From IMG/VR virus record IMGVR_UViG_2609460227_000001, positions 1 through 64,000 of that record: 64,000 bases of DNA, one strand, 5' to 3'. Each line of letters starts with the position of its first letter. The stretch's first letter is position 1. Below, one piece after another: positions 32,285 through 41,885 of this stretch. Made by a program: the position numbers and the translations under genes. The stretch is from a virus. Lineage: Duplodnaviria > Caudoviricetes. A model generated the notes under the pieces. That model saw only the letters and a program-made list of their open reading frames with translations. It did no database searches and had not been told where the DNA came from.

Positions 32285-33784
32285 ATGGCCAGAAAATTAA
32301 AGTCACTCCGTTCGGATCCTCGCTGGCCTGAACTGGTAAAGAAATATCGCTATAACTGGACACGCTTTGCTGTAGAGCAAATAGGCCTACAGCCAACGCC
32401 ACAACAGCGACAAATCATAGAAGGCACCCAAGAGATAGGGTGTCGCGTTGCGGTCGCGTCAGGGCACGGTACAGGCAAATCTAGCCTATCTGCCATCATG
32501 ATCCTGGCATACATGGTGACGTTCCCCGAGTCGCGTATTGTCGTCGTGGCCAACAACGCCCGCCAGGTACAGATCGGTATTTGGAAAAACCTCCGCAAAT
32601 ATTGGAACGAATTTACTCGGCGCACGCCCTGGATTGAGCAGTATTTCGTCCTGACTGATACACAGTTCTATGAGAGGACATGTAAAGGCAGTTGGTCGGT
32701 TGGTAGTAAGTCATGCCGATTGGGCCAAGAAGAAGCCCTCGCTGGTGAACACGGCAAATACTATATGGTTATTGTCGATGAGGCCTCGGGTGTATCCGAT
32801 AAAGCCATGGGTATCCTATCTGGTGCATTGACCGAAGAAGATAACCGCATGCTCATGCTATCGCAGCCAACGCGGCCGGCCGGTTTCTTCTATGACGCGC
32901 ATCATTCCCTGGCAAAGACGCCTGACGGGAAAGGCACCTGGTTATCCATCAAGCTCAACTCAGAAGAATCGCCGCTAGTAACGATCAAGTTCATCAAGGA
33001 GAAGTTGCTGCAGTATGGCGGCCGTGAGAATCCCGAATACCTAATAAAAATCCGTGGTGAGTTCCCCAAACAGATCTCCGGTTTCCTATTGGGCCGTGAT
33101 GAATGTGACCGAGCCGCACGCCGTAAGGTCAAAATTGGCCGTGAGTGGGGCTGGGTGGCGCTGGTGGACGTTGGTAATGGCCGAGATAGTTCGGTGCTTA
33201 ATATCTGCCGTGTCAGCGGCTTTGGTCGCCAGCGGCGCGTTGTGTCGTACAAGATCAAGGAAATGGACGGCAGCATAGACCCGGTGACGTTCGCCGATGT
33301 TATCCATGCTGAATGCGGCGGTGACACTTATCCAAACATAACCATAGTGGTCGATAGTGACGGTGTGGGTTATGACACAGCAACGTGCCTTGAGCGATAC
33401 GGTATGCGGGTGCAACGCATTAGATGGGGTAAGCGTATGCACTCCACCAGCGATCGCCAGCGTTTCGTTAACCAACGCGCCTACGCACACATCCAATTGC
33501 GTGATGCCATCCGTTCGGGCCGGATTAAGTTAGACCGAGACAGCAAGACAGCCGAACAAATGTCTAAATTGCCATGTGCCATTAACGAACAGGGCCAGTG
33601 GGCAATGATGCCTAAGAAGGTGATGAGGGAAAAACACAACATCAAGTCGCCCGACCGCTCAGATACTTACTGCTTTTCGTTCCTGGCCAACTATGTACCA
33701 GTCCATATGACGATCACGGATGAAATGCTAGAGCAGCGTAGTGAAGTAGAGGAATGGCTAATGGAGGAAGAAGCGGCAGCATAA
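32285..33784 (+). CDS. pacB: Terminase large subunit PacB
   Basis: SGHGTGKS Walker A, IVDEASG Walker B, DVGNGRD, SPDRSD nuclease motif; 499 aa. Confidence 0.95.
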   Translation: MARKLKSLRSDPRWPELVKKYRYNWTRFAVEQIGLQPTPQQRQIIEGTQEIGCRVAVASGHGTGKSSLSAIMILAYMVTFPESRIVVVANNARQVQIGIWKNLRKYWNEFTRRTPWIEQYFVLTDTQFYERTCKGSWSVGSKSCRLGQEEALAGEHGKYYMVIVDEASGVSDKAMGILSGALTEEDNRMLMLSQPTRPAGFFYDAHHSLAKTPDGKGTWLSIKLNSEESPLVTIKFIKEKLLQYGGRENPEYLIKIRGEFPKQISGFLLGRDECDRAARRKVKIGREWGWVALVDVGNGRDSSVLNICRVSGFGRQRRVVSYKIKEMDGSIDPVTFADVIHAECGGDTYPNITIVVDSDGVGYDTATCLERYGMRVQRIRWGKRMHSTSDRQRFVNQRAYAHIQLRDAIRSGRIKLDRDSKTAEQMSKLPCAINEQGQWAMMPKKVMREKHNIKSPDRSDTYCFSFLANYVPVHMTITDEMLEQRSEVEEWLMEEEAAA

Positions 33785-33787
33785 AAG

Positions 33788-33815
33788 AAAGCCACCAGCA
33801 TTTACGCTGGTGGCC
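33788..33815. terminator. Terminator between pacB and c1; stem is a Chi/anti-Chi pair
   Basis: AAAGCCACCAGC-ATTTAC-GCTGGTGGCC. Confidence 0.7.
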
Positions 33816-33826
33816 AATATCGAGCA

Positions 33827-34678
33827 TTATCTTTTGTCGTCTGACTTTTTATCGTATATGCCTCGAATCATGTTCTGTTTGATCCTGGCCTCAGTCTCAA
33901 CTATGTCTGAGATTCGATAAAGTTTGCCGTTGTATGGCATGTACGTCGATATAGGCTCAACGTGGTCATATACAGACGCACGTTTCTCTTTAGTCTCACT
34001 TTGAGTGATATGTAGTTCATTTCTCTTATATCTAACATGCTCATGTTTAGATATAGAACACAGGTAGATACCTGAATCATGAACTTTGATCTTGTGATCA
34101 GCCGTATCACCTTCAAAGCGTAGTTTTAGAATGACTTCATTATAGTTATCCGCTCGAATACGGTATTGCTTATCCAAACCTTCATCGGTGAATCTTTTAA
34201 TTTCGTCTTCTATTCTCTTTATTTCGTACTCAAACGAGCCATGATCAGGCTTTATCTTGTAGCCTTTTAACATGCGTTCAAGTCTTCTTACGTGCATGTG
34301 GCCAGTTATGTTTCTTGTAGATGTTGCACGGTTTACATATAGACCACACTTAAACACATCGGTGTATAGCGTTGGTTCTGGTGTAAACATGACACTATTC
34401 ATTGGGAATCGAATTGGATCAGCGTTGTGAAGTTCTTCACGCGCAGCCTTCCACTTATCAATTCTTTGTTGAACACCGGCACGAGTACGCCCGTCATTAA
34501 TGACGACAACTGGACGGCGTTTAACCTGAACAGGTTGGCCATCCTCGATAACTTCAACTACTTCATAATATTCTGCGTTATCTAAGGTCCATTTTCTTAG
34601 TTCAGCAGTGCAGCTATTGAAGTATTTAATTGCTTGTGTGAGAGATTTACTATCACTCATTATCGTTTCAGCCTTCAT
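33827..34678 (-). CDS. c1: C1 primary repressor homologue
   Basis: 283 aa, convergent with pacB as in P1; RPVVV, IDKW, SVYDHVEPI and KLYRISDI align with P1 C1 RPVVV, IDKW, SLYDSIEPI and KIYRLADI. Confidence 0.8.
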   Translation of the reverse strand: MKAETIMSDSKSLTQAIKYFNSCTAELRKWTLDNAEYYEVVEVIEDGQPVQVKRRPVVVINDGRTRAGVQQRIDKWKAAREELHNADPIRFPMNSVMFTPEPTLYTDVFKCGLYVNRATSTRNITGHMHVRRLERMLKGYKIKPDHGSFEYEIKRIEDEIKRFTDEGLDKQYRIRADNYNEVILKLRFEGDTADHKIKVHDSGIYLCSISKHEHVRYKRNELHITQSETKEKRASVYDHVEPISTYMPYNGKLYRISDIVETEARIKQNMIRGIYDKKSDDKR

Positions 34679-35102
34679 CTTATTAAGTAGTTAGTTTGGG
34701 CGATTTGAGAAACGGTATTCAATGAACTCGGTTTCTCATTTTCCTTGTCATACGGAAAATTGTTAGGACAAGGAGCGTTTCGCATATGCAATCCATTGTT
34801 ATTCGCCACCATGTAAATTTATCGCAAAACGACATCCATTAATAGAGATTTCATTATTAGAATGAACATTTATGGCAATATAGTGACAGTTACCCATGCT
34901 TGCTAGTCCAGTAATATAGTCAAATTATAGGCGTTTTAAGTCAGCGGTAACTTAATGACATTGCGGTGCTATTGTGCCACATCCATTTTTTCGTAGTTAG
35001 TGTGATCTTATACATAGGTTAGTTTGATTTATAAGCGGGATACAAAAAGAGCGCCAAAGGGCGCTCAGTTTTTAAAGGATAGGTAATAAGGTTGTTAGGA
35101 TG

Positions 35103-35318
35103 TCAGTCATCATAAAGAAATTCTGAAATGTATTTCTCAAGTTCGGCCGCACAATCAGGGTGAGAAGATATTTCGTTGGGGAGTCTATTAATACACTCAC
35201 GCATTACAAATTGGATATAGCTACGCTTACACTCGATGTCCGATTCACCCGGTGCATTTGCCAAAAAAGGAAGCAGGAAGTCAGCAGTGATGTTGGCATC
35301 GATGTTAATTCTTGTCAT
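35103..35318 (-). CDS. Small acidic protein; positional candidate for Coi (C1 inactivator)
   Basis: 71 aa, acidic, upstream of c1 on the same strand like the similarly sized P1 coi; own terminator 35044-35066; sequence similarity not evident. Confidence 0.45.
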   Translation of the reverse strand: MTRINIDANITADFLLPFLANAPGESDIECKRSYIQFVMRECINRLPNEISSHPDCAAELEKYISEFLYDD

Positions 35319-35926
35319 TACGGAAGATCCATTGCCTGTGGTGTAGCGGCTGCAATTTTAATAACAATATTTTGTGACAGTGTGTTCGCACTGTCATAAA
35401 AGCGGTCGCAAAAGTGTATAAATTATCGGGATCGTCGCCAAAATAGCTTATGTATCAGTGACATTGATCCAAAAGTGTAGATGGATGGGTTGCAATATTC
35501 TATTAAGCCATTTCTTATTTATCAAGTGGCGAATCTATCCCTCCAAAGCATTAAGCGCCTTTGTTGTGCCTGCTAATCTAGCAAAGACAAGATATTGCGC
35601 CCTTGATTTAACAATAATTATTTCCTTTTGGTTTCCATTTCTGGACAGTAGCCGTGTCCTGAGTGTTAACAAAAAGGGAGAATACCCCTTAAATGGCATA
35701 TTCATCAAGAATTGAATTTGGTTTTGTCAGGCCAGCGTTAGGAATGGCTATTCCAGCGGCAAAAGTCGATAAAGTTGGACATTGCCAAAGCATGCTTTTA
35801 TTTGATGAAACATATTGCTTATGTCGATAAATTTTATTTATCGTACAAATAGGAGTGACACGGTAACGTGTCACAAAACGTGCAACGTCAGGCACGATTA
35901 CCCTGTTTGTAGAATCATTCCGTATA

Positions 35927-35960
35927 TTTAGTGTGATCTTTAGATAAAGATAACACTAAA
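35927..35960. repeat. 34-bp palindrome (TAGTGTGATCTTT-agat-AAAGATAACACTA core)
   Basis: 16-bp arms with one mismatch; near-identical palindrome at 42801-42834. Confidence 0.7.
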
Positions 35961-36104
35961 TCCAATATTACCGCCCTATCCTATTGTTGTTTAAGTTGTT
36001 GTTTTTAAATGGTTTATTGGCTGGTGGCTTGGTTTATGTTTTCCAGGCGAGGCAATCAAAAAAAGACCGTTAATAACATGTTAATGCTCATTTTGCAGTC
36101 ATGC

Positions 36105-36206
36105 TGTCTACAAGTGTTGACAACTATATAGGAAGTGTCTACACTTGTATCCAAGGTAAGGGTTTTCCTTGCCCTTCGCAGTAAAATGCGATTGTTCTTT
36201 AACAAT
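36105..36206 (+). promoter_or_regulatory. Promoter with TGTCTACA operator repeats, hairpins and a boxA element
   Basis: TTGACA (36117-22)-17-TACACT (36140-45); TGTCTACA at 36105 and 36136; TGTTCTTTAACAA at 36193-36205. Confidence 0.65.
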
Positions 36207-36239
36207 GAGACTTACCAATAACCTTTTGGAGTAAAGCCT

Positions 36240-36473
36240 ATAAAATATCATTCGGATAAGAGCGTAAATGAGTCAATCATTTATGCCATCGAGAATGGTT
36301 GGGTCTACAAGAAGAAAGGCAACGGCCACACGGTCGGCTATCTTCTTTGTACTGGCGATTCAAACGGGGATCACAACGCGGTTGATTGCATGATCGCCGT
36401 GTTTGGTTCACCAAAGAATCCCACCAACCACGCTAAAAAGCTAAGAGCGGCAGTCGACGGCCATTCTTGCTAA
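36240..36473 (+). CDS. HicA-like small toxin candidate with ATA start (not in the ORF track)
   Basis: GGAG RBS 8 nt before ATA; 77 aa IKYHSDKSVNESIIYAIENGWVYKKKGNGH...IAVFGSPKNPTNHAKKLRAAVD; GW..G.H pattern of the HicA fold. Confidence 0.6.
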   Translation: MKYHSDKSVNESIIYAIENGWVYKKKGNGHTVGYLLCTGDSNGDHNAVDCMIAVFGSPKNPTNHAKKLRAAVDGHSC

Positions 36474-36566
36474 TACGATAGGTTGTCACCGAGTGATCGG
36501 TGACATCCTTTATCCCTTTGATTCCAAAGAGTTACAAGTCTCATATGTTGAAGTTTGGAGTATGTA

Positions 36567-37099
36567 ATGAAAGAGTATGACTTTGCACTGGTCGTATCCA
36601 GCGCGATGCGGTTACAGAGGGCACCATCTGCACTATCGCAGATAACTTATTTGAAGCTGGCGCAGAAGACGCCACGGTTTCATCTAAGGGTAATGTCCTT
36701 GTTGTAGACTTTGACAGGGAAGCGGATTCGTATGAGGAAGCTGTCGTTAGTGCTATCAAGGAAGTAAACAGCGTAGATGGATTGACAGTTAAGAGTGTTG
36801 ATGCCGGGCAATTCGTCGGCTTATCAGACGCGGCAGAAATGTCGAACTTAACAAGATCCGCGCTATCAAAATTTAGCAAAGGTGATAGAGGTGACGGAAC
36901 ATTCCCGACCCCATTCCTACGAGTAAGTGGTAAAAACCCACTATTCGATTGGGGTGAAATCGCCAACTGGCTCGAAACCCGAGGCTTAGTTGAAGATGGG
37001 ACCGCTCACAATGCCAGAGTAACAGCCAATATCAACATGGCGCTCCGGCTAAAGAATGGCGAACTTGAAGAAGTGTCACGGATAGTTGCAGCCATATAA
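36567..37099 (+). CDS. HicB-like/AlpA-HTH DNA-binding partner (indel near 36600)
   Basis: MKEYDFALVV...LFEAGAEDA...VDFDREADSYEEAVVSAI, then VGLSDAAEMSNLTRSA...FPTP...PLFDWGEIANWL; terminator 37143-37169. Confidence 0.7.
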
Positions 37100-37285
37100 G
37101 TTACGCACAAGATAATAGATAGGCACAAAAGTCTCATTGATTGCCACCGGTTCGCCGGTGGCTTTTTTTATGCCTGAACAAGTTTAGATCAGCTAGTGGA
37201 GATCCAGGGGAGCAAAGGCCACCAGCACAAAAAAAGCGGCCGCGTGTGCGGCCAGCTTGGTGAGTGGGTTAAGCCCACTACTCTA

Positions 37286-37462
37286 TTAACTGAAAAAACT
37301 AATTACCGTATCGATATTCCCCGCAAATTCACACAGCGTTACAGTGAACGCAAACATGTAGTTGTCATTTATTTTGTTCATTACTTTTGTTGCTTTCTTT
37401 ATTGCACTCACCGCTTTATTTTTAGTTGCGCCAGTGATACGCAAAACAAATGATTTTCTCAT
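37286..37462 (-). CDS. 58-aa hypothetical protein (not in the ORF track)
   Basis: AAGGAG RBS; MRKSFVLRITGATKNKAVSAIKKATKVMNKINDNYMFAFTVTLCEFAGNIDTVISFFS; downstream hairpin and terminator. Confidence 0.5.
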   Translation of the reverse strand: MRKSFVLRITGATKNKAVSAIKKATKVMNKINDNYMFAFTVTLCEFAGNIDTVISFFS

Positions 37463-37592
37463 TGCTCCTTTGTTTTTTAAAGGTTAATAACTTTTTCGGG
37501 CGAGTGCAAATAAAGTGGCGGCACAAATATGAGAAATTTCAGGATAGTGCTATACTATTTTTACTCATAAGAGAGATAGAGAAATAAAGCCA

Positions 37593-37849
37593 ATGAAAAA
37601 CAATGAGATAAGTGTAAATGCAACGCAATTGCTTATCGTTGCTGACCACATTGGGACGCGGATGATGTGATGCGGGCGCTACGTTATTGTCTTATTGATG
37701 GAATGACGCGTTACGCAGCCGAGAAAAAGGCAGGCATAGCTCACAATTCACTTGGAAAGAAGATTAATAGAGTCCTCGCTGAGATTGAATATATTAAGTC
37801 ATTCAATAAAGCTGGCACCGCTGAATTTCAGCATTCACTAGATATTTAA
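37593..37849 (+). CDS. Small PapB/FocB-like HTH regulator (indel)
   Basis: ALRYCLIDGMTRYAAEKKAGIAHNSLGKKINRV. Confidence 0.5.
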
Positions 37850-37858
37850 GGATAAATA

Positions 37859-38479
37859 ATGGCAAGTCCAAAGATGAAAGCAATCAAGCTGGCAAAGTTA
37901 AAAAAATTACTGCCAGTGCTGCGACAAGAAATAAAAGCCAAGATTGATGAGAAGGCCGCTCACGCACAAGTAATGTTACCAGCCGGTGGCCCTGCTGCCG
38001 CCGCCGCTTATAGCTGTTTGGTGATCAACTCGCTGATGACGGATGCGCTAATCGAACATGGGTTTTCCCATGCTCGCATGGTGGCCGGTAAGGCGGCGTT
38101 CGGCGTGAATAAGGGGAAGTTCGGCGTCTTGGACTACGGTTACTCACAGCAAGCTGACACGCTAAACGTCTTGGGACTCGCCGGTGATGAAAACACATTC
38201 TACGGTCATGCTTGGATAGAGATCCCTGACCTGAAAATTATCGTGGATGCCCTGCTTCCAGAGCTACAGACAATCCTAGCAATGGATAACAGCATGCGTG
38301 GCTTTAATGACAATACGTGCCTACTGAGCAAGGATATGATCGTTGAATCAAGTAACACCATATCATTTGCCAAGATCATCGATGAGTTCGCTATAGGCCA
38401 CCACTACCAAAAGAACGCAGAGCTAACCGAGTCTGCCAATATCCGCATTGATAATTTCAGATCTGTACTCGGGTTGTAA
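37859..38479 (+). CDS. Hypothetical protein (possible papain/transglutaminase-like C...H-W...D)
   Basis: SCLVINS...GHAWIEI...IVDA pattern. Confidence 0.5.
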   Translation: MASPKMKAIKLAKLKKLLPVLRQEIKAKIDEKAAHAQVMLPAGGPAAAAAYSCLVINSLMTDALIEHGFSHARMVAGKAAFGVNKGKFGVLDYGYSQQADTLNVLGLAGDENTFYGHAWIEIPDLKIIVDALLPELQTILAMDNSMRGFNDNTCLLSKDMIVESSNTISFAKIIDEFAIGHHYQKNAELTESANIRIDNFRSVLGL

Positions 38480-38481
38480 TC

Positions 38482-39183
38482 ATGAAGTTTTGGAGTTCAG
38501 AAGCCGCCAGGGCAACGCAAGCCAAGATGACGCGTATGGCTAATGGCTTAGAAAAGGAAGTGATGAATACACCTCAAGTCTTGTCTCTACTGTCACAAGA
38601 TGAGCGTGACGCCATCGCTACAACAATTAAGACGCTGCGAGAGTTGAAAGATAAGGCTGCCAAGCAGAAAGAGGTGCACGCACGCAGGGAAAACGAGAAA
38701 AAGCGGTTTGTTGAAAACATGAATGCCGCCATTAAGCGTGCTATTAACAAGTCTGGCCTATTGAAGCCTGCCTTCTATATGGATCGACAGCGTATCCATT
38801 TGCTGATGACGGTAGCGGCCATATGCGAGGAACGTGCCTATCACATTTGTTCGTCGGAAGATTTGATGCTAGAGGCCGAGGTCGAGTGTACGGAAGAACG
38901 CCGCGCCGAGATACGCAGAATCCGATATGAACGGCTGTATGAGCATTTTGAAGCGGGGCTGGAAAAGGCGATTAGGTATAAGAGCCTTCGCTATAACGTA
39001 GATACTGACAGCTACAGCGAGATCATGCCACCAGCGCAGGCCTTGCAGGAGATTATGGGGTCTATCACTCCGCAGGTTGAAGCTAAGTTGGACGCCAGAT
39101 ATGGCAAGTATATCGAGGCGATTGAGGCGTACAACAGAGCGGTTACAGCCAAGAAACTGAGAAGCACATTTAAATCGGTTTAG
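38482..39183 (+). CDS. Helical/coiled-coil hypothetical protein
   Basis: 233-aa ORF in operon. Confidence 0.6.
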   Translation: MKFWSSEAARATQAKMTRMANGLEKEVMNTPQVLSLLSQDERDAIATTIKTLRELKDKAAKQKEVHARRENEKKRFVENMNAAIKRAINKSGLLKPAFYMDRQRIHLLMTVAAICEERAYHICSSEDLMLEAEVECTEERRAEIRRIRYERLYEHFEAGLEKAIRYKSLRYNVDTDSYSEIMPPAQALQEIMGSITPQVEAKLDARYGKYIEAIEAYNRAVTAKKLRSTFKSV

Positions 39184-39187
39184 GCAA

Positions 39188-39256
39188 TTACACACGCGTG
39201 TGTATTAATGCTTTACACACGCGTGTGTATTAATGCTTTACACACGCGTGTGTATT
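39188..39256. repeat. Near-triple 25-bp tandem repeat with palindrome TACACACGCGTGTGTA; hicB promoter/operator
   Basis: Units start at 39188, 39213 and 39238; last copy lies within TTTACA (39237-42)-17-TAGGAT (39260-65). Confidence 0.8.
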
Positions 39257-39329
39257 GGGTAGGATTAGTCTCGTTGGTTCAAGGTTGTTACCGACGTACA
39301 CCCTATCCATTCCAAAGTAAGGTGAATAT

Positions 39330-39760
39330 ATGTTTTTAAGCATTGGTATAGAGTCCCCTAAGCATGACGATGAGGCGTATGGCATTGCAGTGCCCGCTTT
39401 GTGCATCGGTGATTATGGTTGTTTCGGGGCGGCTGATGAGTCGGCGAACATTGCCGAATGCGCTCAGGATGCAATTGACGGCATTCTATTGGCCATGGCG
39501 GAGGATGAGTTCGATATTGATGGCATCGTTGATCTTGGTGCGCTTGAGTATCAAAAAATGAGGACTACGCGCATTGTGATAGCTGGTTAATGTTGGATGT
39601 TGATCTGTCCGAGTATTCCAGCCAGGCAAAGCGTATAAACGTAAGCCTACCGTCGGCGCTAATTAAAGTGATTGATAACGCGGTTAAGAGTAAAGGCAGC
39701 CAGTACAAGGATCGCAGCGACTTTCTTGCCACTGCCGCCCGTTCTGAATTGCGCGGTTAA
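39330..39760 (+). CDS. hicB: HicB-family antitoxin (indel in the A-run ~39555), no hicA upstream
   Basis: AYGIAVPAL...GCFGAAD...AQDAI; C-terminal RHH KRINVSLPSALIKVID...DRSDFLATAAR. Confidence 0.85.
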
Positions 39761-39774
39761 TTGGCTGGTGGCGA

Positions 39775-40458
39775 ATGAGCTACGCCACTACAGCAACACA
39801 TAATCCTAATAACAATGAGAGTAAAGCCATGGCTGGTGCAACTGCATCGTCAGTTCGTAGTAAAGACGAGCTAGTTTCCATCTTGCGTAAGATTGACATG
39901 ATTAACCCGGTGATCCGATTGATGCTTGAGTTTGAAGCACGTACCGGGTTGCGTTATGTCGATGCCTCACAAATCAAATGGGCTGATGTCATGATTAACG
40001 GCGTGTACCGAGAGAGTTTCACGTTAGTTATGTCTAAGTCGTACAACAAACGCCTATCCAATGGCATGAGTGAGGCCAATGCGCGTCAGGCCTCGCTAAA
40101 AACCATTCACCTTAATGATGAAATGGTGGCATTGCTGGATGACCTGAAAGAGTTCACTGGTGGCCTCACCGTGTTGTTTGAGTCTACTCACCATCACGCC
40201 AAGGGCGGCAAGGCGATTACCATTAACTACGTTAACCGCAAACTCAAAGAGGTGGCCATTGAGCTAGGTCTGCCCTATCAACTGTCAACTCACAGCATGC
40301 GTAAATCATTTTCGATGTTTGTACTTGAGGCTGGTGGCCAAATCCATGACTTACAGCGATTGCTATGCCATTCATCGCTGGCCGTCACTGATCACTACGT
40401 TCGTGGCCTATTGGATAACAGCCGACAGCTAACCGACTCAATCAGTTTTAGCGTGTAA
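39775..40458 (+). CDS. Tyrosine recombinase (catalytic domain only; likely start 39829)
   Basis: TGLRYVD, STHSMRKSF, LLCHSSLAVTDHY (R-HxxR-H-Y). Confidence 0.9.
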   Translation: MSYATTATHNPNNNESKAMAGATASSVRSKDELVSILRKIDMINPVIRLMLEFEARTGLRYVDASQIKWADVMINGVYRESFTLVMSKSYNKRLSNGMSEANARQASLKTIHLNDEMVALLDDLKEFTGGLTVLFESTHHHAKGGKAITINYVNRKLKEVAIELGLPYQLSTHSMRKSFSMFVLEAGGQIHDLQRLLCHSSLAVTDHYVRGLLDNSRQLTDSISFSV

Positions 40459-40473
40459 TAGTGAGTTAAGAAA

Positions 40474-41003
40474 ATGACAGAGCAGGAACGGGAATTAACG
40501 GAAAAGCTACGGGCCACACTAGATGGCCATGCCAAGATTATGTATCCGCGATGCGAGGTACAAATTAGGTTTGGGAGTATCTATAAGGTTCATGACTATT
40601 GGTGGTCGAAAGTGACATTCATTAAGCCGTGCGACTATGAGCAAGAACGTCAGTTCGAGGTTGAGCATAAATACGATTATTTCTATGACCACAAAGATGA
40701 CACTTGGGGTCCGGCAAAAAATGGGGAGTTCAAATGACATCGATTGAGCAGCAACTAGAGCAGCAGCTAATCGACGCACTACGTAAGGAAGACGCCGCCA
40801 ACATCAAAAGCGGCGCTTACATGGTAGAGGTTCGCAGCACATTGGATGGCTCAATATACCAAGACGATGACGGGCGCCGCTATTGGGGGAACGTTACCCG
40901 TCGCTGGGATGGCGAAGACGGTTTCCCCGAAGAAATGACAGCCAAATACTTTTACGATGAGCGCACCGGCAAATGGTACGCGTACACAAGCCAGTATGAT
41001 TGA
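40474..41003 (+). CDS. Two small, distantly similar acidic/aromatic proteins (40474..40737, 40734..41003)
   Basis: Both start MT.(Q/I)E..L...L...L and end ..YFYD....W; ATGA overlap. Confidence 0.6.
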
Positions 41004-41689
41004 TGAAAATCTACATATACGCTCGCGTATCCACTAAGAAGCAGGCCGATCGCGGCCTGTCTATCGATGCCCAGGTGGAGAACGCAATCAACATGGCCAG
41101 AATGAGCCACCAGCGGGAGCCAGACGGCGTATTCATCGATATGGGTGTATCGGGTTCGGTTGAGTTGGCAGAGCGGCCAGAGGGCGGCCAGCTATTCAAT
41201 ATCGCCGATGACGGCGACGTGATCATTGCGGTAAAGCTGGATCGTTTATTTAGAGATACCGTGGATGGACTACTGACAGCTAATGAGCTGGTATTAGATC
41301 GCGGCGTGCAGATCATTACTGGCGACTTTGGCGAGTTGGATATTCACAGTCCAATGCGTAAATTCCTATTCACCCAAGCGTTAGCCATGGCCGAGTTCGA
41401 GCGTGCGAAAGCCGTAGAACGGACGCAAGACGTTAAGCGCAAACAGAGCCGCAGTGGTGCCTATTGCGGTGGATACGTACCAATTGGGAAAGAAGTTATC
41501 GAGCAGGATGGCAAGCGGATGCTGGTGGATGATGAAGACGCCGAGCATATGCTGCAGATCATGACCGATTTACGCCAGATACGCGGCTTGAGCTACCGCG
41601 CTATTGAGCATGCAATGTTAGAGGAACACGGTTACACAGTGTCTTACAAAACGGTCGAACGCCAGTTAAAAGCCCGTGGCATTGAGTAG
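41000..41689 (+). CDS. Serine recombinase (resolvase family)
   Basis: YIYARVST, DMGVSGS..LAERP, VKLDRLFR, MAEFER; C-terminal HTH. Confidence 0.92.
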   Translation: MMKIYIYARVSTKKQADRGLSIDAQVENAINMARMSHQREPDGVFIDMGVSGSVELAERPEGGQLFNIADDGDVIIAVKLDRLFRDTVDGLLTANELVLDRGVQIITGDFGELDIHSPMRKFLFTQALAMAEFERAKAVERTQDVKRKQSRSGAYCGGYVPIGKEVIEQDGKRMLVDDEDAEHMLQIMTDLRQIRGLSYRAIEHAMLEEHGYTVSYKTVERQLKARGIE

Positions 41690-41885
41690 CAACATTTAAC
41701 ATGCACCTTTCAACGTTTCGCCAAGTGCCCAGCAAACAAGGCACTTCCGATGACGTTTTTCCTAAAAACTTTCACTAATATCCTAACAAAACGGGATTTT
41801 TACCTGTTTTAAGGTAGACCATTCTATACAGTGGGCGTATATTAACGCCCGTTACTTTCCTAACAACTTTTTTAGAGAGCGGTAT

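Noticed and set aside
39188-39256. 25-bp palindromic repeats as a mini-CRISPR array
   Set aside because: Units are directly tandem with identical linkers, there are no spacers and no cas genes; fits an operator duplication
39775-40458. Calling the tyrosine recombinase Cre
   Set aside because: Only ~210-227 aa with no Cre N-terminal domain, and no loxP sequence was seen
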